Shown one piece after another: positions 26,906 through 41,165 of a DNA stretch of 64,000 bases. A program made the translations under genes and the position numbers. How positions within the stretch are numbered: the first letter of the stretch is position 1; each line of letters begins with the position of its first letter. The DNA is taken from positions 32,488,001 through 32,552,000 of the forward strand of contig NC_042999.1 of assembly GCF_006345805.1 (NCBI RefSeq), given 5' to 3'. Below the pieces are notes generated by a model. It saw only the letters and a program-made list of their open reading frames with translations, searched no databases and was not told the DNA's origin. The stretch is from Octopus sinensis. Taxonomy: Eukaryota.

Positions 26906-26984
26906 GATCGCATACCTAGGTTTCAACTATTAACAAAAGAATTACTTACATAATTCAAATGTCCGTAGTTTCGTCAGTACGATC
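26906..26984 (-). ncRNA. Intact type I minimal hammerhead ribozyme
   Basis: Minus: GAUCGUA CUGACGA AACUA...GAAUUA..UAAUUC...UAGUU GAAA CCUAGG UA UGCGAUC. 7-bp stem I, 5-bp base of stem II, palindromic stem III, all core residues present. Predicted cleavage between 26913 and 26912. Confidence 0.88.
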
Positions 26985-27031
26985 GTCCAGACCAAATGTA
27001 ATTTGAAAAAACTAACCCCAGCTTTTATATA

Positions 27032-27090
<59 letters not shown>

Positions 27091-28553
27091 TGTATGTATG
27101 TATGTATGTGTGTATGTGTGTGTGTGTGTGTGTGTGTGTCAAAATCAGAAATTAGTGCCGAAAATACCAAGAACTGCAGATTGTATCTTCATAAATTCTA
27201 TCTTTGTACATGGAGTAAAAAAATAAATCCGTATCACATAGTGTGAGAGAGAATAACTATATGCAATTGTATTTGAGTGAGTGTTGTGGTTGTTTGTGTG
27301 TGCGAGGTGAAATTGGTAAAAGTTAAACCCAATGGCTGTGGGTACGGTTGAAGAAAATTTTAGTTTTGTCCAACACATTGACGCATAACAATAACTCAAG
27401 TAGCAGCTGAGCGAAAATTTGCTCAGTAGTATTATGTGTTTATCACATGCTCCCACACTTTCTGTTATTGCTTACTATCGTCTTTTGCAGTTTGCGGCTT
27501 CCTCTACTTTTTAAGCGTTTTCTTTGTGGCGGTAACATGCCCCATTATGGCAAATGGACGATTTCAACAGCTAGACACTGAGAATATGTTAACAAAACAC
27601 GCGGTAATAAGTATGAGAATTTTTGCCACAGACGCTGCCAGTAGCACATACTCCATGTTCAGCAAATATCACCGAATAGCCAGTATCTCTGTTTTTGAGG
27701 ATGCGTTGCATCTTGGATCGCATCAGCGAAAGACCCACCTTGTTCGTTTTACATAAATCAAAATGAACTTGCGCCGGGCTACAAAATTAATCAAAACGTC
27801 AACGTTCATTCGACTAGTAAAACACTGACTAAAAAATTTAAAGGCTCAATCTAGCAATGCGTAGTAGCAGTGGGGATGCAGAAAAGGTTTGGAGTATGAG
27901 TGCATATGTCTCGCCTTCGTTCCGTACAAATTTATTTGCCAGATGTTTTCGACAAGGAGTTCAAGAAAATTGAAAAGTCAAAGAAGTGAACTTGTATTTG
28001 ATTGAATAGCAATTAACTGAATTATGGTAAATATTGTAAATACGAATATTACGCCTAAAGTAAAATGTAATACATCATGATTTATTAATAAAATTGTTAT
28101 TATAACAAAATTGCTATTATATCATAATTGTTATTATACCAAAATACTATTAATATGTTGGGTTTATGTTTATGCTACACACAGAAAACCTATATGCTCT
28201 AACAAATATATTCCGTCTTTATCAATATTTTGTTCAAATTAAGAGACAATGAAATCAATATTTAAAACGGATGCTATTTTTTTACTGCACGAAGTAATTA
28301 GCAGATCAAGAAAAAATAACGTGACAAAATGACATATTAAAATTGTAAAAATATATATATATATATTTAGTCAAGTTGGATTAAATGGTGATTTCAACAA
28401 CTGTCAGTTCAGTCAAGTGGTTTATGCCTATTGATATTTCATAAAATATATTTCGGTCAACTACTATGAAATCAAGAATGGAAGGATTCCGAAATGTACT
28501 GAAAGTAGCAAAATGTGTATATGTGTATGAATGTGACAGAGTACGCGTTTAGT

Positions 28554-28603
<50 letters not shown>

Positions 28604-28683
28604 CATATATACACACACAGACACATATATGAAATTGAGATTTTCTATTATAATAGGATGTATATGTCTGTGTGTATGTGTGA

Positions 28684-29295
28684 ATAAATTGTATGATTAA
28701 TTTATAAAATGCAGTTATACAAATCCAAACATATTTGTCAAAATTGGAGGAGATAAGATGTTAAAAAGTTGTATGTTTATTCAGGCATGCAATCGTTTCG
28801 TACACAGATATAAATTTATTTTAGAATTTGCATATCTCAATGTAATCACCAGTACAGAACAAATAATAGGAACTTAATAAAAGAGCACAGAATTTGGATC
28901 TGTGAGTTTCATGTTTATCTATTCATATCCATGTGTGTTAGTGATAGGATTCACGTCAATTATGAAACCACAATTCGAGTTGTGGTTTAATAAATGACAT
29001 GAGATGTGGTTTAATAATATACATGACTCCCATCACTATCACACATAAATAGGAACAAATACATATGAAACTCATAGATCCAACTTCTCTGCTTCTTATT
29101 TAAAGTTCCTATTATTTTTCTGCAATGATGAGCACTTCGAAATATGCAAATTCTAAAATGAATTCATATTTATATGTCCGAAATGAGTGTATGCATGAAT
29201 AAACTTCTTACATTTTAATATCTTATCTCCTCCATTTTTGACAAATATGATTGGATTTATAGAACTTCATACTATAAATCAATAATACACTTAAT
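28684..29295. repeat. ~610-bp nearly spacerless diverged palindrome
   Basis: 28721-28766 vs 29213-29258: 3 mismatches in 46. Centre aaaccacaa-ttcgag-ttgtggttt at 28965-28988; a ~24-bp duplication sits in the right arm next to the centre. Confidence 0.9.
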
Positions 29296-29503
29296 AAACT
29301 AATACTATTTTTCATATCTACGCAAATTTACACCAGTAACTTCTCTGCAAAGAATGAAGAATCAACTTTAGAAATCATTTTGGAAACCACTCCAAGTAAG
29401 GTACGGAAGGACATTCAGTCTTTTACACACATATATACGTGCATATGTATATATGTGTACATACATACGTACATACATACATACATACACATATATATAT
29501 ATG

Positions 29504-29550
<47 letters not shown>

Positions 29551-29601
29551 TATATTATGTATATATATTATATATATACATATATATATATATATTATGT
29601 A

Positions 29602-29642
<41 letters not shown>

Positions 29643-29714
29643 TTGTATAAATATATATGTGTGTGTGTTTATACATACATATGTGTATACATATGTGTAT
29701 ATGTGTATATGAGT

Positions 29715-30140
29715 GTGTGCTGAAAATTTCATAGGCTGACTATGGAATTACGTCACAAATGTGTAACTGATCCTGTATTAATTTCAGCGATTCCTATTAA
29801 AATTTGCATAGTTTCTTTCCTAGTAAATTTGTATAAGACTACTAAAAAGAGGGCTTCAAAAGTAACTAGTTGCAGATTCTCATGATATTATGGACACAAT
29901 TTGGCATCGTTCTGTTATCAAATACCTACAGTTACAGGGTTTCACCCGCAATGACATTCATGCTTACCCAGTTAGTACATTTATGGATGACGATCGAGCT
30001 ATTGCGACAGCGCAAAAGCAGGCTGTTCAATTTGGAGGGGAAGTGAGAGTGTTGAAGACGACTGAGTTTCTAGACGTTTGGCAACTGTCACCACTGAGGT
30101 AAAACATCGATAACATGCACCACATAGTGCTGAATGACAT
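29715..30140 (+). mobile_element. Mariner-like transposon 5' fragment (decayed transposase N-terminus)
   Basis: MDTIWHRSVIKYLQLQGFTRNDIHA...ATAQKQAVQF matches the mariner HTH region. Homologous to 49790-50305. Confidence 0.8.
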
Positions 30141-30416
30141 ATATACACATGATCCCTATGTAGGTGCACCTATCGTGGTCTTTTATTCAAGCTTTTGTTG
30201 AGTCTACCGTGGTATCGTTTTGCATTTATATTAAAAGATATATATACAAATTATAAAAATAATTTTAAAATATATACTGCACGGTATTGTTTCTACTTCG
30301 CGAATTTTCAACTTTTGCAAACGTATTACCCAAGATAGTCGAGGGATTACTGTAATAGATAATATAATACAATATATATTTTATATATACATAAGTACGT
30401 ACATATTATATGTATA

Positions 30417-30519
<103 letters not shown>

Positions 30520-30540
30520 GTTTGTGTATTTATGTATATG

Positions 30541-30596
<56 letters not shown>

Positions 30597-30613
30597 TGCA
30601 TATATATAATATG

Positions 30614-30823
30614 ATTTAAACTTTTACCATAAGGGCATCCATTTTGGAAGAGTGGATACGTCGATTATATCGACCCCAGTAATATCACTGGCACATAATT
30701 TACCGACCCCGAAAGAATGAAAGGTAAAGTCGACCTCAGTGGAATTTGAACTCAGAACGTAGTGACGGGCGAAATACCGCTAAATATTTCGCCCTTTCTG
30801 CTAAAGTATCTGCCAGCTCGCCC
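30614..30823 (-). mobile_element. SINE family A, tail type 1
   Basis: Homology to the other family A copies. Confidence 0.85.
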
Positions 30824-31380
30824 CATATTGCATAATGCACAATCCGTTTATTTTTCAGTAGCGAAGTTGAATAATTTAAAAGTTATCTGTAAGGCCTGTA
30901 AGCTCATAAATATCAGTGTAGTCTTTTATTTTCTTCTTTTCTTTTTATGGGTTTGGGAGAAGGATGTTCCTGTATCCACATTTTTTTTATTTCCACTTTG
31001 AAACATAGGCATATTTTCTAAAATGGGAGAATACATGTCCTGATGTTAGGATATAAATTACGTGGGGAATCATTTATTCAGATAAGGTGACACATATTCA
31101 AATTTAAAGAGCAATTCCTATATATTCTATGAATACATTTCTGTATAACCATTCATCTGAAGTGTGAATATCTTTTTAACATTTCTAAGAAAACCTATTT
31201 CCGTTTATGCACAAAATCATTAAAAATTACGTTGAAGATATCGTCACTTATCTAATATTTCCTCCATTACTTTTTTTTCCAATTAATTAGCTTTTTACGA
31301 GAACTTTTTCGTATATTCCGCTGAAAGTTATGTATTCTTCTTCACTTGTTTCATTTAATTATATTTTTTTTCCATTAGTA

Positions 31381-31577
31381 AGGCGGCATGATGGCAAAAT
31401 CGTTTTTACGCCGATCAAAATGTTTAGCATCATTTCGTCCATTTTTACGTTCAGAGGTCGACTTTACATTACAACCGTCTCGGGGTCGATAAAATAAGTA
31501 TTAGTGGAACACTGGGGTCGATCTGATCGACTTTTAGCCTGCCTTGAACAAGCTGGCCTTGTGCCAAAATTTGAAAT
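31381..31577 (+). mobile_element. SINE family A, decayed, tail type 1
   Basis: aggcggcatgatggcaaaatcg...ggggtcgataaaataagta...ggccttgtgccaaaatttgaaa. Confidence 0.8.
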
Positions 31578-32615
31578 CTATATCTTTCCTTAGTTTTGGT
31601 ATAACTCATTTTTAAATTCTAAGTCTATTCCGTGTCAATAGGATTCCATTTAATATTTGTCGGATTATTTCGTTTGAACATGCCAACGAAAATATTTCAA
31701 CAGCGAAAGCACTTCATTGTGTTCTATATAATTATGATATGTTATATGTTGTCAAAAGAATGGTTGATCTTACTGTAGACAAATAGTTGGAAAAGAGTGC
31801 TAATAACATTTTGAAGATAAAACTGAAGAGAATTACAAACTTTTCCTCTGGGAGTTTATCAGTTAAAGACTAAACATTATAAAAACTTAAATATTGTAAT
31901 AACCAAAGAAAAATTGCTCGTTTGTCTCATCTGTCTGGCTTTTGATGCAAATAAGCTGTAAGAGTATAGTGAAACACCATGCGCACTATAACACTGTTTT
32001 GAACTGAAAGAAACACGAAGAAAGTACGTATGTATGTAGAGTCACCAGTTGGTTGTGCGTGCTTATAGATAAATACGGATAGCCAAATGCCGTCCCGCGT
32101 TTGGACAAAATACGGCAGTGTAACTGTATGAATTGTTTGGGTGGTATGATTATGTAGTATGGCTCTGGATGTTGGATCTATAATAATCCAAAATGCATCA
32201 TTCATTCTTACAATCTATAAGTATCGGCTTGAACTTTAGCTTAAAGCAGCGAAAAGAGTGAATAAGATGCGATTTGTTTCTTATTGTGCAGAATAACTTG
32301 CATGGTCGAGCAGGTGTTTCTCCAACTCGGAGAACTTGTTCAGTATAAAGTTGAACTTCTCAAATCATTCTCTATTATTATTATTAATTCTGTGCTATGA
32401 GATCGCTTTCTACTTGTATGCATATTATGTATCAAACTAGATGGTGTGAATTTTGGCTCTTTTGCATAATTGAACGGGAGTCGTATCTCATAACTTACTC
32501 TGACTTGGTAGCATGTGCCTTGATTTCACTAATTATAATTATATGCCAAAACAGTTATGATCAGAGAAATAAACTACGAATTTATCCGCTATTTCTAAAT
32601 GATTGATGATATGTA

Positions 32616-32824
32616 CCTATTTCTTTACTACCCACAAGGGGCTAAACAAAGAGTGGACAAACAAGGACAGACAAACGGATTAAGTGCGTAACAGGTACTT
32701 AATTTATTGACCTCGAAAGGATGAAAGGCAAAGTCGACCTCGACGGAATTTGAACTCAGAACGTAACGGCAGACGAAATACCGCTAAGCATTTCGCCCGG
32801 CGTGCTAACGATTCTGCCAGCTCG
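32616..32824 (-). mobile_element. SINE family A, tail type 2
   Basis: Homology to 59149-59380, with a short internal deletion. Confidence 0.88.
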
Positions 32825-32829
32825 ACGTA

Positions 32830-32985
32830 CCACCTATCGCTCAGTGTCCATTGCAGCTGAGTTCACTGGAGTAACGTGAAAACGATTATGCTGATCAAAA
32901 TAAAAACGTACCGCTCAGTCCGGAAACACTCCACAACATTATGATTCTGACTCCTGACCCCTAACCACAATTCTACGCACCTTCT
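32830..32985 (-). mobile_element. Decayed SINE family C
   Basis: Reverse complement contains tgtggttagggg and ttcacgttactccagtgaactcagctg, as in 16645-16900. Confidence 0.6.
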
Positions 32986-34182
32986 CATAGCTGTCGTATA
33001 ACAGTGCATAGATTGATAATCGTCACGCAAAAACATAATTTATGTAACCAATAATTTTCAAAATACGCAACAAAACAATAATGTATATCTTACTTGTTTC
33101 TTTCTAATGCTAATAAAAATGTTGAATACTTGTTCAAGTAACCAGATGTAACACATGGGTTTATTTATTTATCTACAGCTATGATTGCATTATAAATTAT
33201 AATACATTGGTTCATCAAACAAGAATAATTATCTTCACCATTCCTTTCTCACAATATACATCTGCTAACATTGACATAACGTCTCATCTGTTCATTATAC
33301 TTTCCGTTTCATGATGGTTTTATAATATTTTTGTAGTAGTCTTCATTAGGTGATAGTTGGTGTTAGTATTGATGTTGTGAACATATCTCACCGAGTTCCA
33401 CATCCTTTTGCTCTTCTACCCCAGAAGCATTAAAATAAGCACGGGTCAAACATTCAATTCGATGTAAATTGTCAATATACAACCAAGCGGTTTCCTGTTG
33501 CAGGGAAAATACCTCATATAGAAAAGATTCCATAAATCCAGTTATGTCGTTCTCAGAATTTATATAACATTAAAAACATCTTCAGGTGGGAACCAGTGAA
33601 AATATACATTAAACAATTACTAAGGAGATAAATACCCACAGTCTGATAAACATTTGAAATGTGATAAATTATTTATATTTATTTTGGTAATATAGTCAAT
33701 CCAAGAAGCATGAAATAATTTGACTCTTCTACAAGGCACAGAGCAATTTTGTCGATGCAAAAATGATAATTACAAAGAAGTGAGCACAAAAGATTTTATA
33801 ATCAGAAAGAAAATAACTAGAAAACAGGTTATATGGTTATTATACGGGTTTGGTTTAATACCCTCAGTGGATGGCAAGTTAATTGCTTTTACATTATCAA
33901 TATATTTTTTTAAAGTTCCAGCTGGGTTTTTTTAAAGAAAAATCGATAACCGTTTATCTATTTTGCCCGATACATTTCCGCATCTTTTTCATGTTTCTTC
34001 TTTTTTTTCTATTAAATAGTGGTTTTCTGATTCACAAATGTTACTAAAACATAACTAGAAGAATTTTCTCAAATGTTGTTTCACATTCAGTTAGTGTATC
34101 CATGTGTGTTATACTATTTCAGTATGCGTGTTTATGGTGTGGTGTGTGCGCGCAATATGTGCGTATACGTACATATGTGTGC

Positions 34183-34247
<65 letters not shown>

Positions 34248-34364
34248 GGTGTGTGCGTGAGTGTGTGAGTGTATGTCTGTGTATATATATATATATGCAT
34301 ACGTGTATATGTATACACACACGCATACACACACACAGAAGCACACAAACACACACACGCACAC

Positions 34365-34427
<63 letters not shown>

Positions 34428-35532
34428 CTGATGTCTCACAATAGATACCTTCCTATAGTAACGTGTTTCTATGTTATATATATGCCTGCGTAAATCTCTA
34501 TACAGTTTCTCTGAGAGAAACAACGACGGTTGTGCTTTCTCATAGACTAAACGGTCACAGCTATATATCTGCCAATGTCAAACGGAGATCTTGCTGATAA
34601 CTGTTATCTATAACTTCTCTTTGACAGGCAAGACACTTTCTAGCATTTTAAGAGCCATGGGCATAACGAGACTGTAAATCTATTATCTTAGAAATTACAT
34701 TTCTTTCGAAACGATTCGTTCATTTCAAATATTCTACTATTAAAGTATAACAATATCGGTTTTACTCCTAACCTTATGGGTGGTGTTGCTGCAGTTATTA
34801 TGGTATTTTTTGTAGTCATTGCTATGTCTGAGATGATTACGCTTTTTTCTATCTTATCGATTTTCGTTGTTTTTGCAAACTATTGCACATTTTCTAATGT
34901 ATAACAGATATAAATTTATATTCTGGAAGAAGCACCTACGCGAACAGATATATATATATATCCACACACCTATGTATATATACATAGGAGTGTGAATGTG
35001 TATGTATGTGCTTATGTATGCATGCATGTATGTGTGTGTATGTATGTATGTACGCATGTATTATGTATGTATACACGTATCCATGCATGTATGTATATGT
35101 GTATGTATATATGTAGATCTGTATATGTCTCTGTGTGAGTGTTAGAGTGAGTATGTGTGTGGACCTCTATATGGGTGCATGCGTGTATACATATATATAC
35201 ATATATATATATATATATGCACATCTATCTATCTATCTACCTATATAGATAGATATATCACTGCAAGTAAAAGTATTGTGCAATTGAGTGAGTACGGGTT
35301 TGTATGTGCTCTTATATATGTGCAAATGTGTCTACATGTACGTGTATACATAAATGTGTATGACCATGTACGCATAGCTGTGTGAACCTATATTTATACA
35401 TCCACTCGCTACGCGTTTATATCGCTTTCTGGATGCTTATATGATTGGATATATGCAACATACTAATGCTCATGTCACGATAATTGTGCAGCAACCTGCG
35501 GTTACTATGTATTTAAACAACATACATCAAAC

Positions 35533-35626
<94 letters not shown>

Positions 35627-35652
35627 ATATGTATGTATGTATCTATGTATTA

Positions 35653-36370
35653 ATCCGCAACCATAGGATGAATTGGATCAGATAAAAGGCTTAAGTAGTC
35701 TTGACTATTAATTTTGCCATGAAGGGAAGCTATTGGAACGGCGGATTTCCAAGATATAGCCCCCCACCAATCACCACAGATCCTCCTCTATGTTTAACAG
35801 TTGGAAGCAGGCTGTCTGGGTCAAATGCTTCTTTTGGCTGTCTCCGCACTTATACTTCCCAGGGGATCGAAAATATGTTAAGGATGAATCGTCCGAGAAA
35901 ATAACATTTTTCCACTGCTCTAGAGGACCAAATATGTAGGCATTTATTCCACTCTAATCGCTTTGCAACGTTTGTTTTGAAAATAGTGTTTTTTTCTGAT
36001 TGCAGCCCTCCCGTGAAATCTGGCTTTGTGCAGCTCCCAGCGAACACTATTTGTGGAAACTGGTTTCTCGAGGTGATCATTAAGCTCTGCAGTAATTTTG
36101 GGAGCGGGCCATTTCTAACAATTGTGGTAAGAGTCCGACGAGCACCAACAATATGACCTCTTTGAAAGTCCGATAGATCTATCATTTTATTGAATTTTAA
36201 TGACCTTTTTCTGGTGATATCTGAAAAGAAACAGCAATTTTAGAAAAAAACGTATTAAGTAACACTAATAAGAAATGAAAGCAGAAAAAAAAGGTTTTGA
36301 TGGTTTTCTTGATATTTCATAATTATGATGCTATGATGCTTGTTGTTTACATTATTTTGTCTAACCCTCG
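35653..36370 (-). mobile_element. Tc1-like transposon, 5' TIR plus internally deleted transposase pseudogene
   Basis: TA-cgagggttagacaaaataatg TIR. MIDLSDFQRGHIVGAR, KTNVAKRLEW, FSDDSS and PTVKHRGGSVVI motifs in shifting frames. Confidence 0.88.
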
Positions 36371-36389
36371 TACATATATGTATTTGTGT

Positions 36390-36421
<32 letters not shown>

Positions 36422-36452
36422 ACAGAGACAGACGGACAGACTGATAGACAGG

Positions 36453-36602
<150 letters not shown>

Positions 36603-38040
36603 TACATATACATATGTATATATATAATAAATCACACGATTATAAACAGAATAAATACATTTTAATAACATTATCTACCGTGTATAGACATTCTAAAACA
36701 TTTTATTTCTATTTTTTTAAATCGAAGCTAATAAAGACCAACACTAGCACCCACCTCCGTATGTTCCATACTTTGTGAAAGACTGAAAACGTCAGCTAAA
36801 ATATACATATGTGAACACAAAATAGCAAAAAATCAAACACACTTACAAAGGATGTTTGATAGTCATAGGAGAAGTTTTCAACCAAATTAAATTGTGATCT
36901 AGATGTAACACAAGGGTTTAGTTATTTACCTATATCTATGGTTGTATTATAAATAGTACATTGGGCTATCAAAGAATAATAAATATCTTCACCCTTCCTT
37001 TCTCACAATATACATCTGCTAAAATTGACATAACGTCCCATCTGTTCATTATACTTTCCGTTTCCTTTTGGTTTTACATATTTGTAGTTCTGTATGTTAC
37101 ATATTTTTGTATAGGTTTTCGTATTTAAGAAGATTAAGTTATTGGTCTCACATTAAACAATTGTTTCCAATTCAAATGTATTTTTATAGCAACTCTTAAG
37201 ATTTTCAAACATTAATCTTAAGTTTTCATTTCAATATTTTTTCTGCGCTTGTTTCCGTTTCATTTTCTTTCCTTGCCTTTCATTTTATTTGCATCCTACA
37301 TCTAATTTCTCAATATATTTAACGGTTTCTAATCTCATCTGTTTTCTTTTGTTCCTGTATTTTGTGTGTGTGTGTGTGTATAGATAGATACATAGACAGG
37401 CGGACAGACATACATATATACACAAATGCATACATACATAAATGCATCCATGTAAATAGATATAGGTATAAATATGTGTACCTTTATACACATTTGATTT
37501 TTCATCCTTTGATATTTCATGAATTACTTTTAGGATGTATCCTTCTTGAATTATTAATCCCTACAGCAATATTTGATTAATGTGTTAAAATAGCCATGCT
37601 CATATGCGACAAGTGTTATTAAATTTTATTCGACATTTATTCTTAAATCTGATATCAATTTTCGCTAACACTGCATCACATTTTCCAGCGGAAAAAATTA
37701 ATTCTGAAACGTCACGATAAACATTTCGAATTGCCTTTCATTATTTACTTTTGCGATGTATCAATTACATATGCGTGTAAAATTTATACACATTTATACA
37801 GTAACGAATTATTGCAAAATTTGACTTCTGTCTGATGATCTGTTACGTCAGACTCAGAATAACTATCTTAGAGCTTCGATTAAACACTCACATGAACGTG
37901 TGTGCACATATGTGTATCTATGTCTATAGGTATAAATATATACACATTATATACATTAAAACAAATATTCATATGTATATATACATATACATACTCACAA
38001 ATAGATATCCATATGTGTATACATTCACACACACGTATAT

Positions 38041-38084
<44 letters not shown>

Positions 38085-38132
38085 GTATATATACATATAT
38101 ATATGTATATATATATATATATGTATGTATAT

Positions 38133-38197
<65 letters not shown>

Positions 38198-39120
38198 ATG
38201 CATCGTGTATGGGATATGTTTAGATATATTATTTTTTCTTTATGCGTTGAGTTATTTGCATTTACTTTTCAAAAAGTTTCCATGCTAATATATATATATC
38301 AAAAATATTTTTGATGTTTATTATTGAGATGAAATATATTTAATCGTTTTGTTAAACGAAAATAGAATTCCAGCAAATGCTTTCAAACTGTCATGTACGA
38401 CAATGGATATTAAATATTTGAAATGCGTATTTAAATTTAGACACGCATGTATACATTGATGTGTTATTGACACATTAGGAAATAAACTTCTTATCACTGA
38501 ATATTTCTTTTACTTCGATTCTTTTCACTTTTGTCTTTGCTATTTACTCTAGTTGACGGAATGGCAATATAGAATTCGTTAAGCAAACTCATATTTGTGT
38601 CGAAATGAGCGAAAATTTCAGCAGCTCAAATGTTACTTCCCTTAACAAATGACCAGGCAAAATGTATAATTTGTAACGTGACCTACAAACACATTCCTCA
38701 GTGTTTGCGATATAAAGGAATTTTAAAATTATATAAATATTATTATATCTCATCTTCAATATGATCATAATCTTTTTCATGGTTTCCGTCATTGCATTCT
38801 TATATACGACACTGCACATTGAACGGAATTCAGTGATATCATAAAACCCAGTGTGATTTATTCCGATGACTTGGGAAATAGTAACATACAAGGACATTAT
38901 ATGTGCAATTCTAATGAAAATACACTCTGTTTTCTCTGGAACAATTCGCAAATAATTATAGTCCAAGCGTGATTATGTTTACATTATTAAGCCCTACGTG
39001 CCTCAAGTTCAGTGAAAATATTGAAATACCAATAATGGCTTTAATAGATATATATGAGTGTCTCTACGTTTATCTATCTATCTATCTATATATATATCTA
39101 TCTATCTACCTATCTATTTG

Positions 39121-39160
<40 letters not shown>

Positions 39161-39161
<1 letters not shown>

Positions 39162-40306
39162 TAGCATTAAAGACCCGTCGTTGCCGGGGCATAGTGCTAG
39201 TGCATGTATATATGTGTATATATATGTGTACATATTACATGTACATCTATATATATACATCTACACATAAAATACAAAATACAAAGTTATATCGCTAGTG
39301 ATAACAATACTCAAAATATATAACAGACTGGAATTGTTAGCCCGTCTCTTGTAATTTCGATCAATTGTATCTTGTCCTCCCTCTTGTATAGAAGTGTGGC
39401 TACAATCCAGCCTACCTCTACTTCGGGGGTGGGGTGCATTTTTTTCCGGGACGACCTACGTCCCAGATTTAAAGGTAAAAATAAAATATTCCCACTTTGC
39501 AAGTTCGAGTACTCCCTTTCACGCTCCGTTGACTCGGACCTTGCTTCTATTGTGGCGAATTTACCGCCTCTGATTAGATACCTTTCATAGTAGCACCAAT
39601 ACACTTTTCGAAGGTGCTTTCCTCCATGTGTTCAAATCTTTTTTCTCTACATTGTATACTTCATAGACAATAGTCTTTTCTTTAATTTAATTTTTTATTT
39701 TCCATCTGGACTATTCCATTTCTACACGCTAATCTTATTTTTACTTTATTCCCATTCATGTGAAACCACTTATTCAAGTTCAAATCATCGATGCAATTTT
39801 ATATCAATTGCTATTTTTATTTTTATCATGTTACTTTAGTTTGATTTTAATTATTACTTACTACATATAATTCAATTCTTTTTATTTTTATTGTTAAAGT
39901 GAAAGTATCTGACATAAAATAGAGAAACGTTTTTGTTTCACCTTTAAAACGTAATACTGAAATAGTGGAGAAGATATGATATTGCTATGGGCTTGCTCTA
40001 GGCAAGAAGTTGAAAATGTTTTTTGCCCATGAAACTACAAGGACCCTAAGTAAGGCATGTGTGAAATTTGAATGGAATTGGTTGTGTAGTTCTCAAGTTT
40101 TAGGGAATCGTAGTGGAGAAGATATGATATTGCTGCGGGCTCGCCCTAGGCAAAAAGTTTAAAATGTCTTTGTCGATGACACTCCCCGGACCCTAAGTAA
40201 GGCATGTGTAAAATTTGAATGAAATTGGTTGTGTAGTTCTCAAGTTTTAGGGAAACACACAGACACACAGACACACAGACACACATTCTCTGGTTTATAT
40301 ATAAAG

Positions 40307-40307
<1 letters not shown>
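39161..40307 (-). mobile_element. Non-autonomous Helitron
   Basis: Minus strand: A|TCTTTATATATAAA start, (GTGTCT)-type microsatellite near the 5' end, 3' hairpin cccggcaacgacggg ~10 nt before CTAG|T. Internal ~148-bp tandem duplication (39963-40108 / 40111-40253). Confidence 0.85.
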
Positions 40308-40352
<45 letters not shown>

Positions 40353-40772
40353 TAATGAGTACATACACGTGCGTCTGTGAATTTGTTTTTGCGTGTGTGT
40401 GAGTGAGAGAAAGAGAGAGAGTATATGATATATGCGTATATTTGTGTGAGTGTGTATGTATCCCTGCCGTATGGAAAACAAAATCCTTATGGAGCAGAGG
40501 AATCCATGTGAGTCAATGGTGATTCCAACCGTGGGTGTTTATACGCATGTATATTTACAGGCCCAGCCTGGTTTAACCTCTTAGTCTTCTTAAAACAGAC
40601 ATTCGAAGACGTAATGTCGTACTGCCTAACAATTTCAGTACCGGGGATATAAAACTCCGTGATAAGAAGACATGTCGCCTTCATAATTATTCTTTTACCT
40701 TCTTTCAGCTGCTCAGTGAATATAGGATTGTGTGAGGGGATTGCTATGCCGTGCAGCAATGTAGTATTGTCA

Positions 40773-41165
40773 TCTTTATATATAAAAGTGAAGTTGTGTG
40801 TCTGTCTCCTACGATTTAGATTCCTAACTACTCCCACATTTTGCGGTGCAGTTTAACCAAAACCGGGTATCTTATAGTCGTGATTCATATCGAGCCCTTC
40901 TGGGTATTAGCGCACGTCTACGATGAGTCTACGATTTAAAAAAAAATTTACCATCAATTTTTCCCATTTTTTAATGCATTTTTGGAATATATAAGGGAAG
41001 TAACTCTCTAAAAATGTATTATTAAATCTCAGAATGTAAAAAGCTTCAGTAACCCCCCCGTTTGTGGTTAGCCATATTAAGATGGCTATTATACTTTACA
41101 TTTCTAAAACTGCTTCTATAGTTATTGCCCTTACAAATCCGAGCAACGCCGGGCGATACTGCTAG
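40773..41165 (+). mobile_element. Non-autonomous Helitron
   Basis: A|TCTTTATATATAAA start; hairpin ccgagcaacgccgg (41139-41152), then CTAG|T at 41162-41166. Confidence 0.88.

Noticed and set aside
27436-27756. 106-aa ORF in non-repetitive sequence
   Set aside because: No recognisable domain or splice support; faint transposase-like words on the minus strand are not convincing.
38589-38966. 125-aa minus-strand ORF
   Set aside because: AT-rich, with no motif or homology I can recognise; likely chance.
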